Shown here piece by piece: positions 1 through 14,692 of a stretch of 64,000 bases of DNA. Position numbers and translations under genes: made by a program. The stretch comes from Utricularia gibba (lineage: Eukaryota > Plantae > Magnoliophyta), in the NCBI GenBank assembly GCA_002189035.1, contig NEEC01000012.1:1488001-1552000 (forward strand), written 5' to 3'. Under the pieces are notes generated by a model. That model was not told the DNA's origin. It saw only the letters and a list, made by a program, of their open reading frames with translations, and ran no database searches. Positions within the stretch are counted from its first letter, which is position 1; the number at the start of each line of letters is the position of its first letter.

Positions 1-3000
1 ATCAAAAGTAGGGAGGTTTAGCTGAAAAGGATCCAGAGCATGAGTAGAGAACATGTCTGGTTCTTGTTTAGCTTGTCTTCGAACTGGTAGTTTCTGTGGG
101 CCGGAACCAGATACATCTGAATGATTCCATCCATCATCCAGTTCAGATAAGTCACTGTACTGATGAAAGCGGGAAGATGAGAGAAGAGGATCATTTGATG
201 CTTGAGGACCAATTTCAGGATGCATGATTAATGTCTCCAGCCTTGGAGCCCTGTCCTCGAATTTGTACTCTGACACCTTCTTTTTGTCCGGATCCGCATA
301 AGGACATGGCGGAGATTTAATCCTTCGGCACTTGGGACACTTGAAACCCACAACACTGAAAATCATGGACTCATCCAATTGCAGAGCATCGGCATGATAC
401 CAATCTGAAAGGCACAAATGTGGCACCTCAACTGCTTATGGCAGGAACAGAGATAAAATAACTGGGAAAAAATTGAATACAGAAATACACTTCAGAGAAC
501 AAGCTTACATTGGCATGCTTCACAGCGAACATACATTAGATCAGCATTGTATTCTTGGAAACAAAGACGGCAAACTATGTTTGGCAGGTTCCTGTCTGCA
601 TTGCCCTTCAGAATAATGTTTCTCAATCTAAAATCAATGCCAGTGTCTTCGGAATTGTTTTTCTTCAATATGAGACCCCAGTGCTTAAATTTATTACTTT
701 TTTTCTTCCCAACAGAACCAACCTTTGTTGGTTCCATCTCACAATGATAACCACCGTTTTCTCCTGATGCGGAGGATCCTTTTTGACCCACTGAACTTCT
801 TGATCTGTTGGAGGTGCTAGTATGTGGATAGTCTCGAGTTTGAAGAAACAACGGACTTGTAGGGGAGCCATAGGTGTTTAAAACTTGTGATGTAGCGGAA
901 ATCTGAGAGCACCTTATGCAAGTGATTATGAGATCCAGGTCCTGGTCCTGCTGAAGTGTGGAACTGGTGGCACATTTTTTATGGAAAAAACCTGTTCAAC
1001 AGAGAACCCATATTGTGTCTTCTTCTTTCTTTATTCCAAAAAATAAAGAAGTAAAAGATCTCCACAGCCACATTAGGAACAAGTAGATTCAACTTGTAGA
1101 TACCGCTGTTACTCAACATATTCCAAAGGTTCAAGTAGGAGAATGCTTAAGGAGAGAACTAATGAAGCAAAAAAGAGCAATATAATTATTTGCAATACCT
1201 TCGCATTTAGAGCACTTGAGGGCATTCCTGGCCAACGGAAATATAAAATGTTAGAAACTGAAATAAGTAAAAAAAAAAATGATTAAAACAAAAGAAGGAA
1301 AAGATGCTTGTGATCAACAGTAAAATACCAGTAAAAGATGCCTTGCCCACATGAGCAGCAATTAATCTGACCAATATTATTTTGCTTCCTCCAAAGACAC
1401 AAGAATGTATTTCTCTGATGAGTTTTCTGCCACCTTATCTTTAATCTGGAAAATGAAGTTCCAGATTTGATCCTCCCAAATTTTTGTTCGTACTCTTTAA
1501 TCAAATATAAGGGGATACGCGCTTCAGAAAACCAGTATTTTTCTTTTCCATCATCCATAACTTGCTCAATTTCTGCTATATTTTTCATGAGGCGAGATGG
1601 CAGATGCTTCTGGCCCCCAAAAGTAACACAGTACCTAATTTCGTTTTCCACAATCTTCTTGTCACAAATGAAAGCATTTCGAAAAGCAGAGGCTTCAGCA
1701 TCTGAGCCTTTTCCATCAACTGTGGTTTGCTCTGGACGAACTAGATCAGTCCATCTGACATTGGAGTCAAGGTATCGAACCTGCAGTATTGCATATTGGG
1801 TTGTTAGGAATGCTAAAACACATTATGAATTATTGCATATTGGGTTTTTTTTTACTGATAAAAAAAAACACTAGCTGGAACATTTCCAAAAGTTCCATGC
1901 CCGAAGTTAAATGGTTCAAAAAAAAAGGGGGGATCATTTGCGGGCACTCAAAAGTACCATAAACCAAGAAATGCACCTGAAGCGCAAGGCCTGCTATATT
2001 TCTACTTTTTTCAACAGCTGATCGCCATATAAGCTGTCTACTAGCTTTAGGAGTGTCATCTCCATCCACATAGTGAATTCCAGGTATCTTCTTGTATCCA
2101 CCTATACATTAAACGCATGTAGTCAGGATAACCCCACAATCACAACTACCAAAAACGATGACCTTTCAGAAAATATAGCAAAATTAGTTTTCTCCTCTTA
2201 TAGGGGGATGGCATAACATACACTGAAGCGCTGCTTTCCTAGTTGTGGAAGAAGGAAGAACTTCTTTTAAGAACAAAAGCTTTGACGATTTATTGCCCCT
2301 CCACCAAATGAAATCACTCGTATCCTGGTTGTCGCTACTTGACTCTTCTACCATACTAGAAGGTTTTCGGCCCCGCCTCCCAGGTCTATGCTTCTGAACT
2401 GACACAGAAACATTTGCTGCAATCTGACAGCTAGGCAACTGAGCAGAACCATCAGCATCTCTCAACCACTCTCCAGAGAAGGCAACAGCGCGAATGTTTT
2501 CCTCAAACTGGTTGGATTTAAATTCTCACATATTAGTATTCACTCATACTGAATATCAAAAAAAAAATAGGAAATGGCAGGCTGTTCCAAATCGTTTGAA
2601 ATAATCAATAGAGAGTATTGCTAACATACTGAAGATCTTGCATTCAGCAGCAACAGTAACCATGGTTATAACATTAGAGAAAAATGAACACAAATTACAA
2701 AGTAATAAACAAACGAAAAAAAAACTAGAGTTTGAGATTGATGACAGAAATTTGGAGAATGATACTGATTCAGCGCAAAATAAGAAAACATTTCAATAAG
2801 ACTTTGCGATTAAAGTGACTGGATGAGCAGAATAGTCTTTAGAAAACAACTTGGGAAAAGCGCCTCCACAAAAAAAAAATATGAGGGCTTACTTCAAGCA
2901 AGAGGGTCTTTACTTCACCGTAAGTAGCAGCATGTTCAACTTGTTTTCTCCAACTTTCCCTGAACGTATCATGAAGGAAAGGACCAACAACCAGACCACT

Positions 3001-6000
3001 TAAGCTCTCCTCCATGAATAACATGTAGTGTGAAATATCAGCAAGTCTCCCATCCCCATTTTTTGAAGGACGAACAACAGGGAGTGCCTTTGCAGTTCCT
3101 TTAATGGCATTTGAAGCAGCTGCATTTAATAAGCATCCTTTCTTACTCACAGCTGTTGCCTTACAGAATAAGCACCAGCTACACCTTTCTCTTGGGACCT
3201 CTGCAAGTTTTCTCTCAGAGATAGGCCAGAAGAATCTATTAGCTGCCAAAGAAAATGCTTTTACTTGAAGTGCAGCATTATCAGACATGAACTTGCGATG
3301 GTTACTTAAACTACGAGACTCAGAAGTGTGGTTCTCTTCACTTGAAAAAATGGACAAATTAGCTGCCGCTGAAGCAGCAAAATCTCCATGAATAAAACTA
3401 TTTACGTAGCCAGCTATTTTGAAGGATGTCCCCATGTAAATGCAACCTTGAAATGGATTTCCCTTGGAATCACCATTTCCAACTTCATCTAATCCAGTTT
3501 GTGAACTCAAGGAGTTCCCACTGATGACAGGATTCTGTATACAAATTGAAAGACTAGCTTTTGCAGGATCTGCAACAGTAATGGAATTAGCATAACACAA
3601 TCCGTCCTTTTCAACAGCAGACATATCTGGCATCAACTTTCCTGTGATATTATCTGAAGTATTCGTATATGCATCACATCTTTTATCGCTTTCTATCAAA
3701 CTACTAGTTTCCGAAACCAAGTTGTTAGGCAAGATGTCATCCGGTAATTCCCAGTACTGAACCATGCCCCTGCATATTTCTGAATAAATAAAAGCATCAT
3801 CTGCATTTGAGTAAAGGGACTGTAGCACTCGAGGAATGTCCTGGCGATTATAGTATCTAACACAGACCCCTGAATCAAATGAAGCCTTGAACCTGTAGCA
3901 TTTAGGCAGAAAACAGTGTAAAATGTTAAATATTTGAACTGCTCAGCAACCCATGGAAGAAAGAACAGTGTGCTGCATGTGAAATGAGCAACAATTAACA
4001 TTTGATAATTAATTTCAAAAATTAGAAAAAAATGAAAATAAATATAACAAAGCTTCAGGAAACAGAAAATTCAAGACATACACAAGCAAATGATCGCAAG
4101 TGGCAACAAACACTAGTCCATGTCTATCTGCGCCAATATAATGTCCCCCTCGCAACCTTGTTCCTTTTAGGATTTCAGGTTCAGCTTTATTTATTATGCA
4201 CTGGGGGCAATACCACAAACCCTCTCGCATAAGCATTTTGCTCACTCCTAAGCACCTTGTATGATATGACAAGGGACACCCATCACAACAGAGCAATAGC
4301 CCATCCATGCCACAAATGCAGCACTCATCACCATTACCATCCTCGTCAATAGAACCCTCAACTTGAACAGAGCCAACAGAGGGCCCTGCTACCTGCTCCG
4401 TCATGTTTTCATTGGTTGTTCTAGGCAGCCTACTGCTGACCCTTCTGGGTCCAACCGTATATTTGAAAGGAATGCTCCCATCCACATCTAATCCAACTTC
4501 AGATTCTTCACGCATAGTAATTTCTGCTCTAACCTCATCTGAATCATGAACTTCATCACATAAAATCTGCAAAATGACTAGTTTCCTCCCCGCTGATAAA
4601 GAGTAATAATCTCTCTCCAAAACATGGACACAGAATCCTTTCCAGTGAGCTGAATCCACGTAGCCCATTGTAACAAGATAGTGGACCAAAAATATAGGCC
4701 AAGTTAAGGTGTCAAGTAAGCTCCAGTCCATACACCTTCAATAGGAAAAAAAAGTTCCAGTGAGCTTTCTATTTCATGTATTGATTTTTATGTGAGAGAG
4801 AACTTGGGCCATTTTACAGAATAGAAAAGCACTATAATTCATGAAGAAGCGCATTACCCACCTTCAGAAAAAAGCCTCTAAACATATCTTTTTTCTAAGA
4901 GGGAGGGAGGGTACCGTTCTAATTTAAGTTGTCAGATAACCTCATGGAGCCAGCGTATTCATTTATTTCCACATCATAAAAAAAAGCAGTTGTACAATCG
5001 GATTCTAACATAACACCCATCAAATTATAGTAAGAAAACCAAAACTCCAGGAACCATCACATATGTAAACTTCACGCATAAGACTGTAGAAAAAACCCAA
5101 AAGCATTACCCTGGTGTGTGATCATGCAGACAGCAGGAATATAAAGGAGAATGGCACTTCTCAGTGTATAAGGAAGTAAAAGACACAGTGAAAGCTTATT
5201 GAAGCACCTCATGCATTTCATTGACAATTCTGAGCCAGATGAGGAGAGCCTCTCCATATGTCGCTTCAAAGCTCGCAATAGTGCAACATGAACAGAATCT
5301 AGCAATGTGTTTGCCACAGGGCAATTAAGAGACCCTACAAATTCATCCAACCCAAATGGATATAGGAATAGAGGAACACTAAAAGAACGTAAGAAGCTAT
5401 ATACAGAGAAAAGATGAGAAACGTATTCTTCCGGAACACCAATATGGCCAGAAGAAGGTGGTATATCTGGTGGCCGAGATTGTGCCTCTTCTAAACTGGA
5501 ACTACCACCCAGCTCACGAGTATCCTCACATGAATCACTTGATGAGTCATCATTATGCTGGATAGAACTGCCATCAACAGCCTCAACTTGTGTACCATGA
5601 CCAGCATCACCATTATTTACCTTTTCTCTTATTGATGCATCTGCCTGATCTACAGTTCTCACATCCACACCATTTTCAACTTTTGGTATTCCCAACGTTG
5701 CATCTTTATTCAGCAATAATGCATCAAGCTTCACTTTTTTTTCGAACCACTCACCAGTTAAATCATCATCTTCCACTAGAAACAACTTAACTTCACCAGT
5801 ATCTAAATCTTCAACATCCCCATCCTCATAGTGTATCCTGTACAAGCCAGATTGATAAAAAGTGATCTTTCCTAGAAACATATCACCATCCTGAAAACTT
5901 TTGCGCACATAACATCCGACTAATTTCAAGGACCTAGTCTGCACAGCCTTTCTTTTGCCACCACCATCTGCTGTCACATCCTGAACATTCTTTATCTTCC

Positions 6001-6046
6001 GTTTCCTACCACGGCGCTTCTGGACACCGCACTCCAGAGGCTCCAT
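1..6046 (-). CDS. PTM: DDT- and PHD-domain chromatin protein (PTM-like); 3' end lies outside the window
   Basis: Exons 6046-5208, 4735-4082, 3892-2893, 2507-2222, 2101-1977, 1780-1329, 1227-1199, 991-509 and 404-<1 all have GT-AG ends and consistent phases. Motifs: DDT (HLFSVYSFLRSFSVPLFLYPFGLDEFVGSLN), DWSLLDTLTWP, PHD (DGNGDECCICGMDGLLLCCDGCPLSYHTRC), PRERCSWC, LALQVRYLD, second PHD (CRLCFQEY...WYHADAL...FKCPKCRR) and GPQKLPVRR. Probable 5'UTR intron from about 6316 to 6051. Confidence 0.93.
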
Positions 6047-9000
6047 TCGTCTGCCAACAGAAGATAAATAGCCAAAAAAAGAAGACTATTCCATCACTTA
6101 TCTCAGCAATGAACCACCAGAGCATTTACTCCCAGAGTGTCCATCTCTAACAGCACGGTACAGCTGAGCGAAATATCGGCAGCGGACCTGCGATTACATC
6201 AAACATTGTGAACTCCAGCACCTGTTTCGAAAGCAAAGGTAGTACAAACATTAGCCCATCAACCCCATTTAGAGAATATATGACTCATATCAGCCCAGAA
6301 CCCAAAATCGTTACCTGAATCAACATAATCCAGGCGCTGATTTCAATCAGCACGAAAGGTTTCCCGTTTTGGTAGGAAAACAACCAATGCTCAACGGAAA
6401 ATTCCCTCCGATGAATCAACTAAAGAAATAGCAACATCGGAGAGCGTCGGGGAGGGATGAGAAATCGATGAGGGAGTTGCGATGCACGGGAAAGAGCCCT
6501 AACCAATGTCTTTCGCCTTGTCCCCCTCATACAACCTCCACAATCCCTAATCTAAGCCGCTAGCAAGTACCAGATGAGCCGAGCCGAGCCGAATCGAGCC
6601 AGGCCGACTTCATTGTTGCAGCTGTTTGCGTTGAGTAATCAATCAATCATTTTAATTGTTCTTGAACCTCCCAGCATGGTTTGGTTTGTGCAGCTTAGGT
6701 TTAATTTATTTAGATTTACGTAAATTTATTTTATATGTTTAAAGATTAATTTTATTTATTTATTTAAAAATTAAAAGATATTTGATGCGTATATTTAAAA
6801 CAAATGAATCCATAGGTTTTTTTATTAAAAATTAAATAATTATTCCCTTTTTATTTAGAAAAATGTATACCGCCACATACTATTTCACATACTTAAACAA
6901 AAAATATATATATAAATAGGGTGCGTTTTTTTTTTACACAATATCTGATACATAACCAAAGTTCTCATTCATCGAATAGGTTGGTACTATTTTCTTTAAT
7001 AACAAACACCGTGCAATCATCGAGCTGCTTACTATAAATTCTATATATTATTAATCATAAGATAAAACTTGTTAGGTGGTGGAAATAAATTTATGTTCAG
7101 TTTTAAATTATGAACACGAAAAAAAAAAATAAGTATTCAGGATTAAATAAACAAATACAAACATTAACACTACTAATGAAACATTGATTAAAAAGCTTAG
7201 AAGGAATATCTACACTCATACCATGTTACATTAATGCAAATTAGTAAGTATTTGCAAAGGTTTTATAAGTCGCCTTTACACAATTGTACGATTCTTTATA
7301 ATTCAATGTTGAGTTGTTTGGAATTTTGTAAGCATTGATGCAATAAAACATAGGAAACGTTTGGTTTGGGTGTAGCCTTTGTATTTGAATTTATTAATAC
7401 ATTGTAAATATTTAAAGTATAATTCGTATTTGATTTATTAGTATAATTTATATCTATTTAAAATCAAAGGACATTTGATATGTCAATAGAAAAAAGGAAT
7501 GTTTGATGAATTTATATATAAAATTAGAAATTATTAAGTATCATTTTATTATTATCTTTTAGATCGTTTTTGTATCTAAATGTGATTAAAATTGTTTAAT
7601 TAGAAGTTTATATTATAAAATTTAAATTTCTATTTAAATTAGGGTAATTATCTTAAATCTTGTATTTTATCTAATATTTTTACTAATTTTTTTAAGTTTT
7701 ATTATGGACCAACACATGGCAAGAAGTGTGAGAAAGGAAATAGTAGATGTTTAATGGTAAACCTTGACATGCGGTACACAGGAGTCGCTGACAAATAAAA
7801 TTATTAGCGTACTAGTGTCAAAGAGGAAATTTTCTTGCAAGTCACTCCAATCCAACAGAATCAGAGGAACACAAAAACTAGAACAAAGTGATTCAATTCA
7901 GTTCAGTTCGGACTTCAATATTCAACTTCAATTTTAGTTTATATTTTTGTTTATTTCTCTAGAGAATTTTTACTCTAACTTCTCTCTACAACATGCTTTT
8001 GTTTTCCTTAATTTGTATGACCGTTTACGACTAGAAACTATCGTTTCTGGATTAGGATACTCCCAAATTTATGTTTTGTTAGTTAATCTTCATTTTTTCT
8101 TTGAATTTGATCGGGATTTGTATGTCTTCATGTGACTATGTTATAATCTTTCTGTAATAGTTCTTTTATTCAAGATTCATTGTTAACTCATCACTACTTG
8201 CGAGTTTTGAAGAAAAAAAAAGGTGTAAAGCATCAACTCATGCCTTTTTGGTAGGAGGGATGCAATGTTTTGTTTGTAGGTATATCATAGGATCAATGGA
8301 CAGATAGTGACTTCATATGTGTACTCATTGGGTCATTGGCAACACACGTGCACAATTTGACTGTGAGGATACGATGGCATGATCTCTTATCTTCACGTTC
8401 ATCCAAGGACAAGCAACATCAGACTATTCTCATGTCTTCTTGCAAAAGAGTGCAAGAAATGGTAGAGAATTCATTATTCCTATAATCGAGTACTCGAGAA
8501 AATCAGAGAAGAGTGAAGACACGATGAACGTAGTTGGACAAGATTCCAATCTCAGGAACATTTTTTTTATTTAAGTCTCATAGCTTAAGTTTATTTCTCA
8601 TTTTTTGTTTACAATCCCCTTTATTCAAACTTCATCATTTATGTTTCTTGCACCTTTTACTTTACAAAACTGTTTACAAATTATGACAGTTGTATTTTAT
8701 GTAACTTTACATTTCACTGAAAAATAACTCTTTGTATTCGAAATCCGTACTATGTATTTGTGCTTTATGAGTTCTAAAAATCTGTAAATTTTTTTGTGGA
8801 AAAGACATGCATTATAAACATATCCTTATGTCTCATTAAATAAATTAAAAAAAATTAATGTTTCAATTTTTACTTTTTCACTCTTTCACTTACCATCATT
8901 TTCAATTTTTTTCTGGTACATGTAATATTACTACCAATCATATATCTTTTATTTTCTGGTAGCAACTTGGAAAGTCGGTAACTCGCTACACATGAGCTTA

Positions 9001-9949
9001 GTATCGTTGGTTTCTTATAAAACTTCATTTTTCCACTGTAGGTAATAAAGATGTCTATCCAAATGAGTTTCGAAGAGTGTAACGAAAAAAAATTATATGT
9101 TACTAAATAAGTTAATAATAAAAAAAATAGAAAAAATTATTTTATTAAACATTTAGGATTTATTTAATACATGAGTTTCAGTGATTTTGTTTGATAGACA
9201 TTTTACATTTGATTAAATCAAAAACAAATTCACAGGGAAAGATTTAGTTATCCTGATATGAAACTTATTGAAGATTCAAAAAATTTTATCACATAAATTT
9301 CCTTTAATATTCACTTACAAACATGGATTTATTCTAAGATCGGGAATCAAAGCATACCTATAACTAAATGGAGAGATGACAAGAAAAAAATATTGGAAAA
9401 ATTACTATATGAAGGAACGAACTCTCCAGAATTCAAATTGAATGCTCAAGCTCAACCCATCATTCCAATGGATTTCCACATGCACCAAATGCACAAAAGA
9501 TTTCTTCTCTAGAGTATTTACTTCATATTCCAGATCTTTGATAAATAGTTCTCTTTAGTTCTATATTTTTTTTTCTTCCTTTCTTTCAACATAAAAATTA
9601 CAGATTAATTGTATTTAAATCCTAATTAAAACTATAAATTGCATGTAGAAGTCGTAACTAAAATTAAATATCGATACACAAGACAATAAATACTAATTTT
9701 ATACAAATAAAAACAATGATATATTAAATTAATTTCAATAGAGCGGTAAATTAAATTCTCGATTTTAATATACAATTTCATAATTCGAAACAACCTAGAT
9801 CTATTCAAATTATTTCTTAGATTTTTAGTTAATGATACATTTGACTTTCCTAATCATTTCATTTTAAATCTACCATTTTATAGAATCAATATAATTAGAT
9901 CTAGCCGATAATATTTGTTGTTATCCAAAAATATCAATCTATTCTATTA

Positions 9950-12600
9950 TTTTTTTCATCTTATGAAAACAAAAACAAGCATGACTATCTATATAAAGAA
10001 ACCCTACTTGCAAAAGATGTGAAAAAGTAAAAATAAATAAAACAAGAGTAAATAATGATAGTACCCCACTTCTTCATTCATCCTCTTGCATGGATTACTC
10101 CATCTTCAAGTTGGTGCACCCATGGCCCCAACCCAAGCTTGCCAACAAGAGTGTGAAATGGTAATACTTATAGCAATTTGGTGAATATATCCATGAGTTA
10201 TCGTATAGAATGAACATAATAAGGACATAAAAATCTCAACTTGTACTAAGCTTCCACAACATGGAAATCCATGCCAATGTGCATATTGGATGCGGAAATC
10301 ATAATATCATACATTGAAACTATAAACAATTCAAGTGTCACTTCTGAAATTAAAACAGAAAATATTAAAACATTTGAAATATATAAAGAAAATAAAGTTA
10401 AATTCTAATTTTTTGTTAAGGTTAAATCTAGATGAGGATATTGATTTTTATCTAAAATATCAACCTATTATATTGTTTTTTTATCTTATGAAAACAAAGT
10501 CAAATATAACTATTTACACATATATGGTATTCTTCCTTAAATAATGGCTGAAATATTTTGATTAAAGAAATTATCTATTCTAATGTATTAGCTTTCTTCT
10601 TTAGATCACATAAGTCTTTCAACATTTTAGCATACTGGAAACTTATTAATTTATGTCTAATATAGGAATTATAACATTAATTTTCTTCATCATTTTCGTG
10701 AATGTTTTTAATCTTTACTTATCCTTATTCTTTGTTCGAATCCTTACAAAGAAGAGTGGAGTTATAAGCAATGACTTGATTTAAAAGACGTCATTTGCAT
10801 CTTTCTCCTTAATATCAGAATCATTGCCCATGATCTCCAATTTTTTTCCTCTGATCTATCAATCTTTTCGTGAATCCTAGATAAGGATATGGTAGATCTT
10901 TCCTACTTCTCAATGAAATTGTATCAATATGATCTAGATTCTTCAATGGATATAACGGTAGTTCTCCTTGAGTAATTTGAGTATGCGTACTTATAATTTG
11001 CCCTTTCATATTCTTTTACTTTGCATCTTGTAGAAGGAATGCATAAGATATGGCCAAGTTCCTTTAAAAGGCTGGAATTGATGTTGGACCCAACAAAGAT
11101 GATATTCAATTGCTGAGGTGGGGGACGGTTATGAAGTCACGATATGATCACTTGTGATCATGGGATGATAACGAGGATGAAGCAAGGTGAGGGGTGCTCA
11201 ATAAGATGTGGTGGTGTGGATTCTGTATAAGACAAGAGAAGGGGACAACAGACTTCCTTTTAAAATGAATTAGGAAGTGTGATCGCTGGTGTATTGGTGG
11301 GAAATTCATTGTTATTGAGTGTATGAGTTCATGTAATTGTTGTTGTTGCAACATAGCTTAGGAGATCTTGTACTTTGATTTACACATAATGAATTGCTAC
11401 TTTTGCTTGGGGGTGAATACGAGCCTAGGATATTTCCCAATTTACTGAGTTTTACTTGGTAAAAATTCGTGAGTTTTGCATATTGATGCTAGATCATTCC
11501 AATGCCATAAAAACAATCAACATTCATCGTATTCTTGAGCATGTGGTACACTTAATTTCCTACATGTGTATCTTAGTTATACTTTGGGCAAGGGATTTCG
11601 CCATAACCTACAAATTGTAGTATGGTTGATAAAGAGCAATAGTTATTATAGAGATTCAGTGATCTGTATAGGTTGAAGTAGTATGATAATAACCTTATGA
11701 AATATTAAGATAGGTGGGTTTCTAGAAAATGATGTTTAACTAGATATTATTAATTTTCTATAATAAAAATCAGGATAATCTCTACATGACCTTTGATATC
11801 AATCTTTCTAATGAAGTATGGTATGAAGACCAAACTTCAATATATCATTGATTGCTACAAGTTGAACTAAAACTTTAAAATTATCTATTCTATATACCAT
11901 CTTAACAATTCCAACATTTCTTTCAAGTGATCTATATAAGTTGTCATACCATTTGGTGGGAGACTAGGAGTTAGCAATCATATATTCGATCAATCTACAA
12001 ACATTAACACTATGATCATTCTCTAATAATGATCCATTAAAACTAGCACTCATATCCCTTCAATCATTGGTGGCAATCACTTATAGAAGTATTGAATAAT
12101 TTTGATTTTTTGTGAATCCATGCTATAAGTAATACTTCAATTGAAGCAACCATAATACTTCTACAAATTTTCTCCTTTACTTTGCATTATAGTAGCAAAA
12201 GCTCTCCTTTCGTTTGAAGCTCTCCCTAACGGTGCATATCGATTCAAGAAATTTGAAACATCTATTCACTTAAAGCGATGGAAAATGATGGTCACCCATA
12301 AGGTCATTCCAAAGTTCATTCGGTAAAACTAAAAGAAAATGTATGGATGCAAAGCATCTTAACTTGGGTCTCCGTTGATCGTTTGAGGCACATGGATGAA
12401 CAAGCCATGCGCAATTCTCAAAGTTAGTAGTTGTGGTTATCATTATTCCTTCAAACAAACTTAGTAAGCATTTAGAATAGGTATGACCACAACTCATAGT
12501 TTTTTTCTTTATAAAAAATGCTGCATAAGAGACAATTATAATGTTTTGTTCTAAACACTTGCATTCCCCTCCAAATCTGATTTTCCACATCATGTATCTT
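9950..12600 (-). mobile_element. Highly degenerate Ty1/Copia LTR-retrotransposon remnant
   Basis: Minus strand 10260-10085 reads R*LMDIFTKLL*VLPFHTLVGKLG, the Copia RNaseH end (QLADIFTK...LGKLG), followed by a purine-rich PPT-like tract. Minus 12430-12290 reads FASIHF...NELWNDL, like the gag (UBN2-type) 'ELWxDL' motif. Many stops. A diverged ~90-bp direct repeat pair lies at ~9900-9990 and ~10425-10515. Boundaries are approximate. Confidence 0.6.
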
Positions 12601-14692
12601 GTAAGCCAAATAATTTCCTATATTGACATGTTGCAATTATTATTTCTTCTGTCAATTGCAATTTTTTTGTGCACATCATGGTTCATAATTAAATTTTTGC
12701 GCACATCATGGAAGATTTTTCTTTCAAGAAAATTTGCTCTTTGTTATTGTTAAACGATTATGAAGCATTTTTAGACACTGATCCATGTACGTTTCTCTAT
12801 CCATGTGCTATATTTAATTAGACTCAATAAAATAAGAGTAAAAAAAATACAATAATAAGAAAAAATCATATTTATTCAATAAAATCTATAAACTTATATT
12901 GTGAATTATTAATTGAGCAATTCTAACTATATTTTAATTATAGAGCTATCATAAAATTTGACAATACAAATGCATTCAACATGTCCATATCATATATAAT
13001 GCTATAATATTACACAACAGTTAACAATAATAACCATTTGATCTATTAGGAAATAATTACATTTTCAAGTATTTTGTACATATTAAACAATAATTTGTTT
13101 GTATGTTTAATAATAATAATAGTTGTATTTAAATTGATATTATAAAACAAGTGAATGTATAAATATTATAAATAAAATATCCGGACAAAAATGTGAAAAT
13201 AGGTGAAAGATTGATATGCATTATTTGATAATTTGGAAGAAAAAGTTGTAGAATTGTAGGCATAGGAATTGGAATGCCTTGGGAAAGCATCACCATAACC
13301 TAGAATTAGACATTTTATTTTAAATAAACTTAGCATTGAGATTGTTTTTTTAAACCCTGTGCCTTTAGTTGATACTTTATTCCAAAATTATCCTTAAAAC
13401 ATTATTAAAATACCATATATCATAAATACTATAGTCAACCGTACCATAAAATATATTCCTAATCTTATAACCAAAATTCCATATAAAAAAATGAATCTCT
13501 TAAAATCATCCATATCTAAACTCAAATTGACTAAACTATTTTTATCTGTAATTTTCGTGTGTTGAAAACGTGTTTCATCAATGAATTAATTTAAGGCACA
13601 AAAATAGTCCATCTCACCACTCTATTGCAAACGTGTGGGCTAAGGCATCTACGCGTATTGAATTGAAACCAAAAATTGAATTAATTGCCCCATTTATTAT
13701 TCCAAACTAAATGGTACCATAAGCCCCACAAACTAGGGATTATTTACAAAAATGACCAATCACATATTCTGTTTCACACATTAAATCAAAAAATAAATAT
13801 AAAATGATCATTTTTTTTTATATAATATCTTAACACACGATCAAATTTCTAATTGATCCACATACTAATCTTCAAGAATGTCAACATTATTTTTTTTCAT
13901 TCCAAAAAATAACAATATTTTAAAAATCACACTTTAAGCATCATTGAATTGTTTTAAATCTGAAATCGTTCACACTAACAATTTGATTAAATTCAATTTT
14001 TAAAAAAATTATTAAAAATAAATCACAATTAAATTGTTAATAATAAATAAATAGTTTAATCATAATTTTATTTTTCGGTTTACATGACTGGCTCATTGTT
14101 TTGTTTAATTATAATATACGTTATTATATTAATAATGTTTCATTACCGTTTTTAAATCGACAATTACCATGTTTACTAGCTTCCATACTGGGGGTTTCGT
14201 GTAAATTATGACAAGGCGTTGCGGAATTTATTACAGAATTCTTTTTATCAACATGTCAAATCAAGATTCATACTCTGCGAAACCGAACAAAAGGCAAGGG
14301 AGTCCAGAGCAGTTTTCTTGCCGGATGCACCATCACCATTTCCCAATTGCTTGAAGCCGAGCGATACTGAATCTCCACCCCCCACAGAAGGCGGAGATTC
14401 TGCTTGGCGTCGGAGGAGTAACCTGATGGTAATTGGTGGCTTCTTTACTGGTTTTGTTTTTTTATGTGTATGCACTGATCTGATCGGTTGAGCTTGTGGG
14501 AATAATTTAATCATGACAACCTCACCAAATCATTATTATGCGTGAAGAATCTTGGTGTCTGGGGAGAACCCATGTGGAGTTCTCAGAAACTGCGGTATTT
14601 ATCACAGGTTTTAGATCCTATCTGGTCGTGAATTTTGTGTTGAAAACCCTTTTTTTTTTTTAACAGATGTGGGTCTGTAAGGAAGGCTTTTC

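Noticed and set aside
6577-6609. GCCGA pentamer run upstream of PTM
   Set aside because: A short low-complexity repeat near a TSS with only one full DRE core (GCCGAC). Not enough to call a regulatory element.
7740-8580. Possible Gypsy LTR or integrase-end fragment
   Set aside because: Only compositional resemblance and a weak NLR.. motif. No TG..CA ends, TSD or reliable domain could be read.
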